A model generated the notes under the pieces. The model did not search any database, was not told where the DNA came from, and saw nothing but the letters and a program-made list of their open reading frames with translations. The translations under genes were made by a program, and so were the position numbers. Below are positions 46,556 through 57,479 of a stretch of 64,000 nucleotides of DNA, in pieces. Within the stretch, counting starts at the first letter, position 1. Each line of letters begins with the position of its first letter. Location of the stretch: assembly GCA_964036045.1 (NCBI GenBank), contig OZ038378.1, positions 143,592,001-143,656,000 of the forward strand. Direction: 5' to 3'. Source of the stretch: Eutreptiella sp. 'Long Island Sound 2002' (lineage: Eukaryota > Protista > Euglenida).

Positions 46556-46767
46556 GCCGCCAGCACCTTCGAGCTTCTGAACGCCGCCTACGAGCCCGTG
46601 GCGTTCCACTCGTTCTTCGAGATCATGGTCGTGTACCTCCGCCGGGGCGACATGGCCTCGCACCTCCACACGCCGCGGGGGCTGCGGCGGCACTTGCTTT
46701 GCATCCCCGTCCCCTGCCTGGGGACGTACGCGGACGGCATGCAGGCGCTGGAGGCGTACGAGTGGAG
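46556..46767 (+). CDS. OST-alpha/TMEM184 family transporter, exon 2
   Basis: A polypyrimidine tract plus AG at 46554-55; AASTFELLNAAYEPVAFHSFFEIMVVYL...; donor AG|GT at 46768, phase 2. Confidence 0.8.
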
Positions 46768-47510
46768 GTGCTGCCGCGCCCGCCCGCCGCGCGCCTCGGC
46801 CCTCCACCCCAAAAGCGCCGCCAGCGGCGCAGCAGCGGAGGCGGAGGCCGGGCCCTCCAAAGCGCGTGCCACGGGGGACCGGGGGGGGGGGGGAGGGGGC
46901 GCGTGGACGGCCGTGGGGCGCATGCGACGGCCCGGCGATCCACCGGAGGACCGGGGGAGGGCACCAACGGGCGATGGGTGGGGGACGGCCCTTTGGTACT
47001 GCGGTCCTGCGATGACCTGCGGCCTGAACTCTCATGTGCGGATGGCGGGGGGTGTGTCCGGCGAGGGGGTCGTCCGCTCCGGACACGCGGGCGGCGCGGC
47101 AAAGGCCCGCGGCCCCTGAGAGGCATGGCCCCGCGGTGTTTGCGGGGCAGTGACCCCCCCCCCCCCTCCCCCCCCCCGACAGCCAGCCTCAGCCCCGCGA
47201 CCGACGGCCGCTGTGGTTTGGCACAATGGGCCGCGGTGCAAAGCCCGCGGCGTCTTTGGATTCCTCTCGTTGCTTCTTCGGTTGGTCACATGAACCCCCT
47301 GCGGCGGCCGGCGGCAGTGCAGGGCCGTCGTGGTGCAGGGCGGCGGGGAAAGGACAGCGTTTGTACGCCGGGCAGGTACACTGCTGTGCGCCGCGGGTGG
47401 GGTCTGCATTCAGCACAACACCGTGCCACACTGCGCCATACCGCACTGCAAGCCCTTTAGAACGAACGGGGCATGCCCCTAGCGTCCGGCAGGGCAACTG
47501 GTTTTCAGTA

Positions 47511-48039
47511 CCCCCCCCCCCCCTTGTATAAGCAACGCCAATGTACGACCTGTGAACAAATGGTGCTGGCGCCTAACGGCACCTTCATGGACAGTATGAA
47601 CGATTTGTGCCGCGGCTGCGCCGCGAGATACTTGATGAGGGCATAGGTCTGTCGGTGGGGACCTATTGCTGGACTTTTCACCGTTCTGCAGATAAGCTAC
47701 GCCAATGTACACAATTATTACGGTCCCTACACCTACTGTAGCTTGGACAAGGGCGTGGCTTGCGCGCAACACATACAACTGCTGACACACACGTGCGCAG
47801 GCCACATGTGCTGAACTTGGCAATTCAGGACCTATGGGATGCATCAGACCGAAAAAAAAAAATTCCTGGTGCACCAGCAGGGGGCCACATGTGCTGAAAT
47901 TGGCAAATGTGACGACACACCCATGTCTTATGTGGCCACACTACATTTTGTACGTAATCAAATTACGTACACAATTATCACGGTCCCTACGCCTACTGTA
48001 GCTTGGACAAGGGCGTGGCTTATACAAGGGGGGGGGGGG
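47511..48039. mobile_element. Second (inverted) copy of the poly-C/G MITE, containing a 145-bp insertion (47547-47691)
   Basis: TA flanks at 47509-10 and 48040-41. The insert is bounded by ATAAGC(A/T)ACGCCAATGTAC at 47528-46 and 47692-710. Confidence 0.8.
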
Positions 48040-49682
48040 TAACAATTGGCCCCGTATCAACGGCGACTCAGTAATACCCGCCCCCCCCCCCCCTGCACCA
48101 CCTGAACTCAGTAGGAACGTGCTGCATCCAGCGTGTGGCTCAGTAGGACCCTGCTCCATCCGATCATGTCTGGGCTGGCAGACGCTAGTGGCAGGTCTGG
48201 AACCAACCTCCCCCCCCCCCCCCCCCCGAAAAAAAGCAATATCATTCATGGTTTCAGGTCTCACCCCATCCCACCCCACAACCAGTCCCCCGTTGCATTG
48301 GGGGTGGGATGGGGACCAATCCTCTTCATACAATGGCACTCACCGCCATTGTACACACACACATTTGCAAGCTCGACGGTGCTTTCTAGTCTCGCTGCAC
48401 GCCCGGAGCTGAGGGGCTTTTTGTTTTTTTTGCAAAAGATGAGCCCCACTTGTGTACGTTCAAAACGATCAGCGGGTCATGGGGATCGTTTTGAGGTACG
48501 CATGTTGGGGTACCCCCCCTCCCCTGGGGGACCCTGCCGGCTGACCGCCCGACCCGCCCACCCCCTGCGTTTGGGTCAATGAAGCCCCCCCCCCGCCAGT
48601 ACACCCCCCCTCCCCTCCAATGACCCTATCCAGATCGGCAGGCCTGGCCGATGGAGTGCCAGCCACAGAGCAAGGGCCAGCAGGATATGGCGCAGGTTAC
48701 CCATGCATTGTAGCATTTAGGCCAGAGGTTGTGGCTGACAACACACGGCCAACCAATGAACAACGAGCCAATGGTTGTCCATAGCATTGATTGGAACTGC
48801 CTCTATATTGCTGCATACGCATACCGGGACGTGCATGTGTGGAGCGCTTTGGTGACCTGTGTGCGGCCCTCGAGGGTGCCCAGCCTATGCCCAGCCACTG
48901 TCCCCCTGACGCCGAGTGCCAGCCTCAATGGCATTTGTAACCGTCAGTAACCGCCCCCAACCGCTGCGGCAACCTCCTCCAACCGCCTGTCCAGGGCCCC
49001 GTAAAGGAGCAACAACCAGACGGAATGTCACACAGGGGGCCACGTGGTCGCTGGTAGGCCCATGCGGCAGGGATGCATTGGAAAGGGGGGTACCACCGAC
49101 GCTCGAGAGGGACTCAGTGTAAATCCAGTGGGACTGCCTCCACATTGCTGCATACGCATACCGGGACGTGCATGTGTGGAGCGCCTTGTTGACCTGCATG
49201 CGGCCCTCAGGACACGCTATCTCTAGTCACAAAGAATTCGTTGCCTGCAGTAACCTCAAGGGCCTGTAGGTCAGGACCCGCTTGGCTGGCCGCACCAGAC
49301 CCGTTACCACTCATTAAGTTGTCCACCTTCTCCTAGTCGCAGCCCTACAAACACCAGATGACAACAGCCTGCAATACCTGAGAGTACAGTGGGCGGTCGA
49401 CCCCATGCCGAGCTTCACAAGCCAGCGGAAAAAACGTTAAAATATTGTAATTTGGCAGAACCGGCGCTGTCACTGGAGCTGTGAGAACTGCCTCCACATT
49501 GCTGCATATGCATACCAGGACGCGCATGTGTGAAGCGCTCTTTGACCTGCGTGCGGCCTCTACAACCCCTGAAATGGTTGAACACCCCTCGGGGCCGGGG
49601 CCTGGCTGGGGGCCGCCCCCCGTTGCATTCGTGCCTCGTCGTCCCGTCACCGTATGGCCCCCCCAGGCGTGCCCTGCCTCAG

Positions 49683-50346
49683 GCTGGGGCAGTTCATGCT
49701 CCTCAAGCCCGTCCTGGTCGCGGTCCACACAGTCCTGTACCACGCGCGGCCCGCCAGCCCGGCGCTGAACGCCGTCAACGCCCTGCAGACCGCGTCCATG
49801 GTCACCGCCATGACTGCCCTGCTGACGCTGGAGCGCGTCCTCCTGCACCGGCACGTGGCGCCGCTGAACGCCGGGGCCAAGTTCTGGGCCATCAAGTGCA
49901 TGGTGGCGCTGTTCCTGTTCCAGCGGCGCGCGGTCGTCGCCTTCCGCGAGAACGCCTTCTGGGCGGCGTTCCCCGGGTTCGAGGCGTACGGCGCCTTCAC
50001 CGTCGAGATGGCCATGGAGCGCTTCCTGTCCGGGGTCCTGGTGCTCGAGATCGCGTGCCTCATCCTTCCCCTCTTCTGGCACTGCTTCAGCGTGCGCCGC
50101 TGCCGCGTCCTCGCGGCGGCCGCCCGCGCCCACCGGGACGCCGCCCCCGCCGCCCCGGGGGCCGCGTGCGACAGCGAGCGGCGCGCGCTCGCCGGCAGTC
50201 CGCCGCCCAGTCCGACCGCCGGCGGCGGCCCCGCGGCGCTGATGGCGCTGGTGCCGTTTGGGGAGTGCTGCGGGTTCATCGGCGCGGCGCTGTGCCCCTG
50301 GGGCTGCCCGGGCCATCGGGGGCCGACGTGTGACGACGCGCGCTGA
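49683..50346 (+). CDS. OST-alpha/TMEM184 family transporter, exon 3
   Basis: Acceptor AG at 49681-82 restores W-R-LGQFMLLKP. Motifs KFWAIKCMVALFLFQ and VLVLEIACL; TGA at 50344-46. The three exons total 1110 nt (369 aa). Confidence 0.82.
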
Positions 50347-50792
50347 CCGCCGTGTGTGGCCGGAGGATGGGTGGGTGTGGGCTCGGCAAAGGTTTGCCAT
50401 GTTTCCGGTCGACTTGTTTGGCTGGCAAACACCATCAGAGGAACCTGAGGGAAAGGTGGCGAGGCCGGGGAAAAATGGGGGAAATGGGACTGGCAAAGAT
50501 GGGGAAACCGGCCACGATTGTCGCATTTTTCTCCCATTTTCCTCCACTTTCCTATGAATTTCAAACATTTTTTTGTACATTTCCGAAATATTCTTTGGGC
50601 AATTTCTCACAATTCCTCATTGCCCTCCCTTACCCCCCATTTATCCCCATTTCCCCCCAATTCCCCCCAATCCCCCCCCCTTTCCCACCATTTTTTCATT
50701 CCCCCCAGTTTGCCAAGCCCCTGCGGCTGGGCGGCCAAATTGGCTGTCGCTAACCCGGAGGCCTAAACGGGATGCACCCCCCCCTCCCCCCC

Positions 50793-51036
50793 ACGTGGAG
50801 CTAGCACCTGCCAAAAACATTTGTGACACCAGCCGACACCTGCCAAAAAATTTGTGACACCTGCCAACACCTGCCAAAACAATTTGTCACACCTGCTGAC
50901 ACCTGCCGAACAGTTTTTGTGGTTGTGCAATGCAATGTCGGTTGCTATGTTCGGTGATGTGTGTGTGTGTGTGTGTGTGTTGACTCCAACTGACGAGGGT
51001 TCACACTCAGCCACTATTGTTGTGCTGTGTTTCGCA

Positions 51037-51080
<44 letters not shown>

Positions 51081-52166
51081 GTGTGTCATCTGCAATGCTG
51101 TTGTCTGTTCCTGCTACTCTCTTGTGTATGTGTTAACGTGTGTCGTTGATTCCGACTTACAGCGCCACTGCTGTCAGTCGCCTGCTCGTCTGAGGGCCAG
51201 CATTTTTTGCTCCTCTGATGAGGATGCTTGAGACTTGTACCCACAGTGCCTCCCGGTGCATTTGTATCCACATTGGCTAACTGTTGGTTCTTGTTCCCTT
51301 CACTATCACTAAGTGTGTGTGTGTGTGTGTGTGTGCCACCACCGCCCCCTACAGCAGCACGCGCGGCACCGGCTCTGCCGGCAGCGGTAGGTGCGCCTCG
51401 CTACTTTTGCTACTTTTTCGAGCAACCCCCGGCCCCCGCCACAGACCGAAAAAACACACCACCGCCCCATCCGGCAGCGCGCGCGGCTTGCGGGTCTTGA
51501 AGCCCGGCAGCGGGGGGGGGGGGGGGCATTCACTGCAGCCGGGCGCCTGCAGGTCTTCTCTTCGGCAATGGGGCCACGCGCGCAGCGGGAATCGAACCGG
51601 CGCCTTCACGGCACGAGCCCGGTGACTCAACCGCTAGGATAGCATGCACCACAGCCACATGTAGGAGCACGCACGCACACCAACACAGCACAGGAAACCG
51701 AAGACCTCAGGAACTGTTGCCAGCAACCACCTTGTATGCGTGTGTGTGTGGAGCCCCGGTTACGGGACTTCCTGTTTTTCCTGCTTTGCCCTCCAATCCT
51801 CCTGCTCTGTTTCAAGGCTGTCATTGGTGAAGAGGAGTGCGGACACTTGGTAGTATTGCAACAGGGTGGCTAACCAGAAGCAAACGCTGTTGGTCTATCG
51901 TCCGGGTTCCTGGTGAGGAGGGGCAGTGGGCAGGGACAGGGGTGAACCCACCCTGAGGTAAATTTGCAGAGCCTTACGCTCGGCTTGCTGTGCAGGCGTG
52001 ACCGTGGGCTTGCCCAAGGCTGCCGTTGAGCTGCTGGCCCTGTTTCTCCTCACACAGAAAGGCGCCTAGTGCAGGCGGGACATGCTACTGTTTTTGTTCT
52101 GCTTTGCACCTGACGAGATCTAGTACATCCAGACCAGTCTTTTCTGTGCTCTGTTTGTCGCCGAAG

Positions 52167-52210
<44 letters not shown>

Positions 52211-52596
52211 TGTGCGTGCGTGCGTGCGTGCGTGCGTGTGCGTGCGTGCGTATGTGTGTGTGTGTGCGTGTGTGTGTGTGTGTCACTGTGTGCATGTGAC
52301 CATGTCTCCTGTATGTTCACCGCACCGCAAGCCCTTTAGAACGAACCGGGCATGCCACTGGTGTCCGGCAGGGAAACCGGTTCCCGGTAGGAACCGGCCC
52401 GTATCAACGGCCACTCAGTAATACCCGCCCCCCCGCACCACCGGAACTCAGTAGGAACGTGCTGCTGGTGTCCCATACACCCCTGCACATTTCTGTGTGT
52501 GTCGGTGTGCGTGTGAACCTGTGACACCTGCCGGCACCTGCCAAAAAATTGTGTGACACCTGCCGACACCTGCCCTGGCAGGTGCTAGCTCCACGT
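50793..52596. mobile_element. Putative 1.8-kb non-autonomous TIR element
   Basis: Perfect 21-bp inverted repeats ACGTGGAGCTAGCACCTGCCA (50793-813 / 52576-596), with GACACCTGCC subterminal arrays at both ends. No TSD recognised. Confidence 0.5.
51575..51645 (-). mobile_element. tRNA-derived SINE-like head
   Basis: Reverse strand TAGCGGTTGAG ... GGTTCGATTCCC; the cloverleaf is incomplete. Confidence 0.4.
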
Positions 52597-53444
52597 ATGC
52601 CCCCCCCCCCCCCTACCGCAGTCCAAGAAACATTCGATAGCTGAGTTGTCGGCAAACTCAAGGCAACATTTGGAACTGGTGAGCAATGACCGCATGCACG
52701 GGGGGGGGGGGAGGCAGGCCCGGTCCTTGTATGCGACCCCCCCCAGGGGGTCCTCAGGGAACTAGGTTTTTTTTCCTTGTTAACCGCCCGTAAGGACTGC
52801 TCCAAGGGGCCACCAACCGCCAACCGCCAACCGCCAACCGCCACCAACCGCCAGCGGCGACCCAACCGCCAACCACTGCCAACCGCCACCAACCACCAAC
52901 CGCCGTCAACCACCACCATCCGCCACCAACCGCCATCCGCCAACCGCCATTTGCCACCAACCGCCAACCGCCAATCGTTACCAACCGCCAACCACGAATT
53001 CGCCACCAACCATGGTTGAGTACGTCCCGAAGCCAACATTCACTTTGGGGTTGATTTTGCCACTCCCCATGCAAGGGAATGTTTGCCGGGTTATTGAGTC
53101 CATGCCCCCGTCTGGCGCCCGGGGCATCAAGGTCACGGGGCGCCTGCCGCGAACAAGATTCAGTCCACCTGCTTAGCGAGCGGGTACAAGGGCCGGGGCA
53201 CGCCCCTAGGGCCCATCAGGAGGTCCGAGTGACCCCGCCCCCCCCACTGACTTCCCCCAAGCCCTCCATCACCGGAAACCCCGGTCTCAGTCCCCTCTGG
53301 ACCAGGGGGAGGGCCGTTCCGCACCGCGCGCCCCGCGCGCGCGTGAACGCCAGGGGGTGCCATAAGGACGCTCACCCTTTTTTTTTAATTTTTTTTTTAC
53401 TATGGCATCCACTCTCTGATGTAGTGGAGACACCAGATCCTGAG

Positions 53445-53515
53445 GTACCTTAGTTGGTAGTTGCATTAAACTCTGAAACCAAGGGTCCCAGGTTCAATTC
53501 CCAGTGTGTGCGCTC
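53445..53515 (+). mobile_element. tRNA-derived (Gln-like) SINE head
   Basis: A-box-like TAGTTGGTAG, AACTCTGAAACC loop region, B-box GGTTCAATTCC, followed by T-runs. Confidence 0.5.
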
Positions 53516-54937
53516 TTTTTGGCTTCGCTTTTTTTGTCTTTTTTATGTCTGCATGTTACCCCCAGGACTGTGTTTGGCATCTTTTTTTTTGGTCTGTTTT
53601 ATGTCCGCATTTTACCCCCAGCGGTTACCCTCCAACTGCCATCGGTTCCCCACCAACCGCCATCGGTCACCCACCAACCGCCATCGTAGGGCGTATTGGA
53701 CACTCCGATTTTTTTTTTTAATTACGGCACCCCCTGGTGAACGCACTCAACAGGGCCGGGCGGCCGTTGGGAGGGGCCCCGGGAGGATGGCGGTGCCGGT
53801 GCAGGGCCCGGTGCCCGGGCAGTCCAGTGGAGGGCCACCGCAAGTCCCACCGGAGGCCCCGCGCGCTTTGCTGTGGCCTTTTCCTTGAAGGCACCGTCTT
53901 TGACGGGTGCGCACCCCCTCCTCCCCCAGCCTCGTGCCATTGACTTTGACAAGCACCACGCTGGGGTCTTCAACAACGGATGAGGCAGTGGACGGGGCTC
54001 TGCACGGGCTGCATGCACAGTGGGCACAGGGTGTGTCCTGTTGTGCCGCACCGGTCGATCTCTAATGGCACTGGCCTGGCAGAGGGCGGAACCTGCAAGG
54101 GGCGAAGCGCCCAATCCGCATCAAGGCCTTGAAGAAAGAGCCCACTTCATGGCAGCCGTCCTCCGCTTGTGATCTGGAGGGGGGGGGGTTCTCCACAGAG
54201 GAGGGGGTTTACCGACCAGGTGACGGGGGGGGGTTAGCCTTTTACCGGTAGCCCATGGTTTCCACGGGGGGGGGGGGGGATGGTGGGCATGTGTAATCCT
54301 ATAACGGCTTCGTGTCAACCCTTGCCGGTCGTCCGTGTGTTGTGCTGTACAACATCCTTGCAAGGCATGAAGTGGGAATACCGTATGTGCGTGTGGGCAC
54401 GGTTTTCAAGGTATTTTTGAACGTACCAAAGCCGATCTCAGCCTGCTAGCGTGCGTTGATGTGCTATTCCATGTACTCTGTTGTTGCCTACGTTGCAGAC
54501 AATGTGGGTGTGGAGGGGGAGGCTGTGGCATAAGGGATAGTGTTTGGATCCAGCTGGGGTCAATTGGGGTGCCCCCTTGCGTTGTGCAATGCTGTTTTTG
54601 TGCACGCACCGAGAAGCCAAGAGTGATGCAGCCACTGTGCCCACATGCGGCCCCCTGATGGCAGGGGTGAGGCAGCCATTTCTGACATTGTCCCCGCGCT
54701 GAACGTTGGGGACCCTGAGACAGCAAGTGCTATGTAACCACTTAGCCTCCATGCGTGCCCCTAAGACGGCAGCGGTTATGCAGCTATTTCTGATGTTCTC
54801 CCTGCACTGAGAGTTGGGGAGCCCAAGACGGCAGTTCCCTCTGTTTGCAGCAAGGCACACTCCTGAATCTTTCATGTGGCATGCAAACCACAGGGTGGCC
54901 ACTAACCTGTAGCCACCTACCGACAACACGCCCCCCC

Positions 54938-55857
54938 CCCCCCAAATGCAAGAGAGGCAATGGACTCTGCACATCAGGAGTGGTCTTTGCGTAGGGCGTT
55001 GTGGTCTGCAAGACCAGCACACTGGTGATATCGGTATCGGTACCGGTGCGAGCTGAAGGCGGGGGGCTCACACATGTTCTCATCGTTCTTGACTTTGTGG
55101 TTGCAAGTGATGTACGAGTGGTTGGGGTGTGTTGCTGGGGAGCCGGGGAGTGGGGTTCGAACCTGGGACCAGCGAAGCTGGAATCCAGGGTGCTTCCACT
55201 GAAGCACGGGGCACCTCACCAGAAATATGATCCCATAAGCACACAGCCACATGGCACACATGCATCTACTACGCCTTCTGATTTCAGAGTCTTAATGTAT
55301 GTTACCCCCCTACACTCTTTGAAACTAAACAGCGACAGACGGGGTAAGGCCGAATGAGTGCCATGCTTTGCAGCCCAGTCAGCTCGCATGTGACACAGTG
55401 AATGCAGTCCACATTTATGGACGACTGCTTTATATTGATCCAGGTTGTTCACTAGAGTCGGCAGCAAAGGACAAGCACACAAGTGACCCACGGAGCTAAC
55501 CGCAACGCCTCGCTGTATTTTACATAGTGGAGCACCCCAACCAAGAAGGGGACACGTGCATTGATTGGATTTCGCAGTACTGCTGGACTAATGGCTGGAA
55601 TTGTCTATGGCGGGGACATTCAGTCTATCAGAACCGACCATTGATCCCCCAAATGCAAGAGAGGCAATGGACTCTGCACATCAGGAGTGGTCTTTGCGTA
55701 GGGCGTTGTGGTCTGCAAGACCAGCACACTGGTGATATCGGTATCGGTACCGGTGCGAGCTGAAGGCGGGGGGCTCACACATGTTCTCATCGTTGTTGAC
55801 TTTGTGGTTGCAAGTGATGTACGAGTGGTTGGGGTGTGTTGCTGGGGAGCCGGGGAG
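54938..55857. repeat. Local direct duplication of about 210 bp (54938-55150 and 55647-55857)
   Basis: Near-identical copies. The intervening 55450-55650 segment also matches 43530-43720. Confidence 0.85.
55140..55214 (-). mobile_element. tRNA-derived SINE-like head
   Basis: Reverse strand D-arm-like GCTTCAGTGGAAGC and B-box GGTTCGAACC; the other stems are degenerate. Confidence 0.45.
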
Positions 55858-57479
55858 ACAAACTTGCACAGTTTCCTACAGTCAGTGGAGTAGCTCAAGG
55901 ATAGGAGGGTAGATCTGCACTTGGGGAAGTCCGCCCGCAGTCACGGTGGAGAGTCCACACAGAATCACTGACCCATGACATGCTATGTGTACTCTCGATG
56001 CACACTTGGTGGAACTTTGGTCACAAGAAAAAAAAAAGGGAGAGTCCACACAGAATGCTTTTCGCAAGATGAAAGTCAATGGGAGGCGCTTGGAGCGGAA
56101 CACGGTGAGCCCAAGCGAAAAATGCCACGGTTAGCATGGCCAGAAGTGTTGTTTGGGGTGCAGGAGCTAATTATAGAGCTCGTCTCACGAGGCCGAAGGT
56201 TGGTTTCCGCCAATATATCGTTGAAAAGACTTGAGCCGGACAGCAAAGATAGGGTGGGCAGATTCAGGGTCTCTGCATCTGCATCTGAGGATGAGTACGG
56301 CCCGGAACTACGTTTTTGTTGTCATGTCCCGGTCAAGCATAGGCAAACAAACAATGGGGTGGTGTTGTGGGAAGACTTGGAGACTTTGTAGGGATTTGGG
56401 TGCCCAAGCTGGCGGTGCTAACGGATTCTCGGTATTTGCAACTAGTGCGAGTGGCGGAATGCAGCATTGGCGAACCAAAGGATGGGCAACGTTCACTTGG
56501 GCCCTAAAGGCCAATCTGCCGATGTGGGAAATACTCCTGGGGTCTGCGCCTTGTGCCCTGTCTAACAGGGATCCAGTGTATCATATGCTTGAGTCGCCCA
56601 CTTTCCAGGAACTATGTTGAGTACTCGTGAACATTTCGATTCAGCCCCCCAAAGAAAGCTCTTGCATGAGATGGAGAAGCTAGGCATGGTAGTCTACTGG
56701 GAACACGCCATGGCATACGTCAATGTGCAAGGGAGTGAAGCGGCCAAGGGTGTGGTATTTGAAGGGATGTGCGCCAATCAGTTGTGGCCGAGGGCCGACA
56801 GCCCCCAGGCTAGGTGGCATGCGCGGAGGAGGGGAGGGTCGGCGGCCCTACGATGGCTAGGGTTGCCGGTCCGCTGGCTCGCCTGGTGGGGCTGCTGGCT
56901 CTGTGAGTCGGTGGCGGCGCAATGGGGCAAAGCCCCGGATGACGTCGTTGTGGACGATAACGTCGTCTTGCCTTGGCCGGGAAAAGCCGGAGGGATGGAG
57001 TGGGAGTTGAAGGTTGTCACCCTCAGGGATATCTTCCCGGGGGAGTTGCTTGCCCTCTGTGTCTTGGACACTGACGTCGGACCCGATGGCAAATTCGGTG
57101 GAGGACCGGTGCGAGGTGTTGCGGATGGATCCCCCGGAAAGACCACCGGCGTCGTCCGCAAGACCTGCAAGGCGCGGCACGGCGGCCTCCGCGGGGGCCG
57201 CTGTGTCTGGCGGCACTAACCACGAGTGCGCAACGGTCCCGGACGTCCCTCTCGCCTTCGAGGCTGGTGAGGGATGCTCGGAGCCTGAGCGTACGAGCGG
57301 TGAGCAGGGGGGGGGGGGTCATCGACGTGGATGCGGAGCCCCCCCCCCCTTCCATTAGGCGGCCTCCTCCTCCATTAGAAGACTGCGGATTGCGGCCCAC
57401 AAAACGGGTGCGGTCGCGTCCGTCTTGGGCAAGCGTAAGCCAGCAAGCCCGATGAGATCTTAGGGTTAGGCTGCCGCAG

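Noticed and set aside
49345-50610. Minus-strand ORFs of 421 and 305 aa
   Set aside because: Antisense to TMEM184-like exon 3 and extending into repeats.
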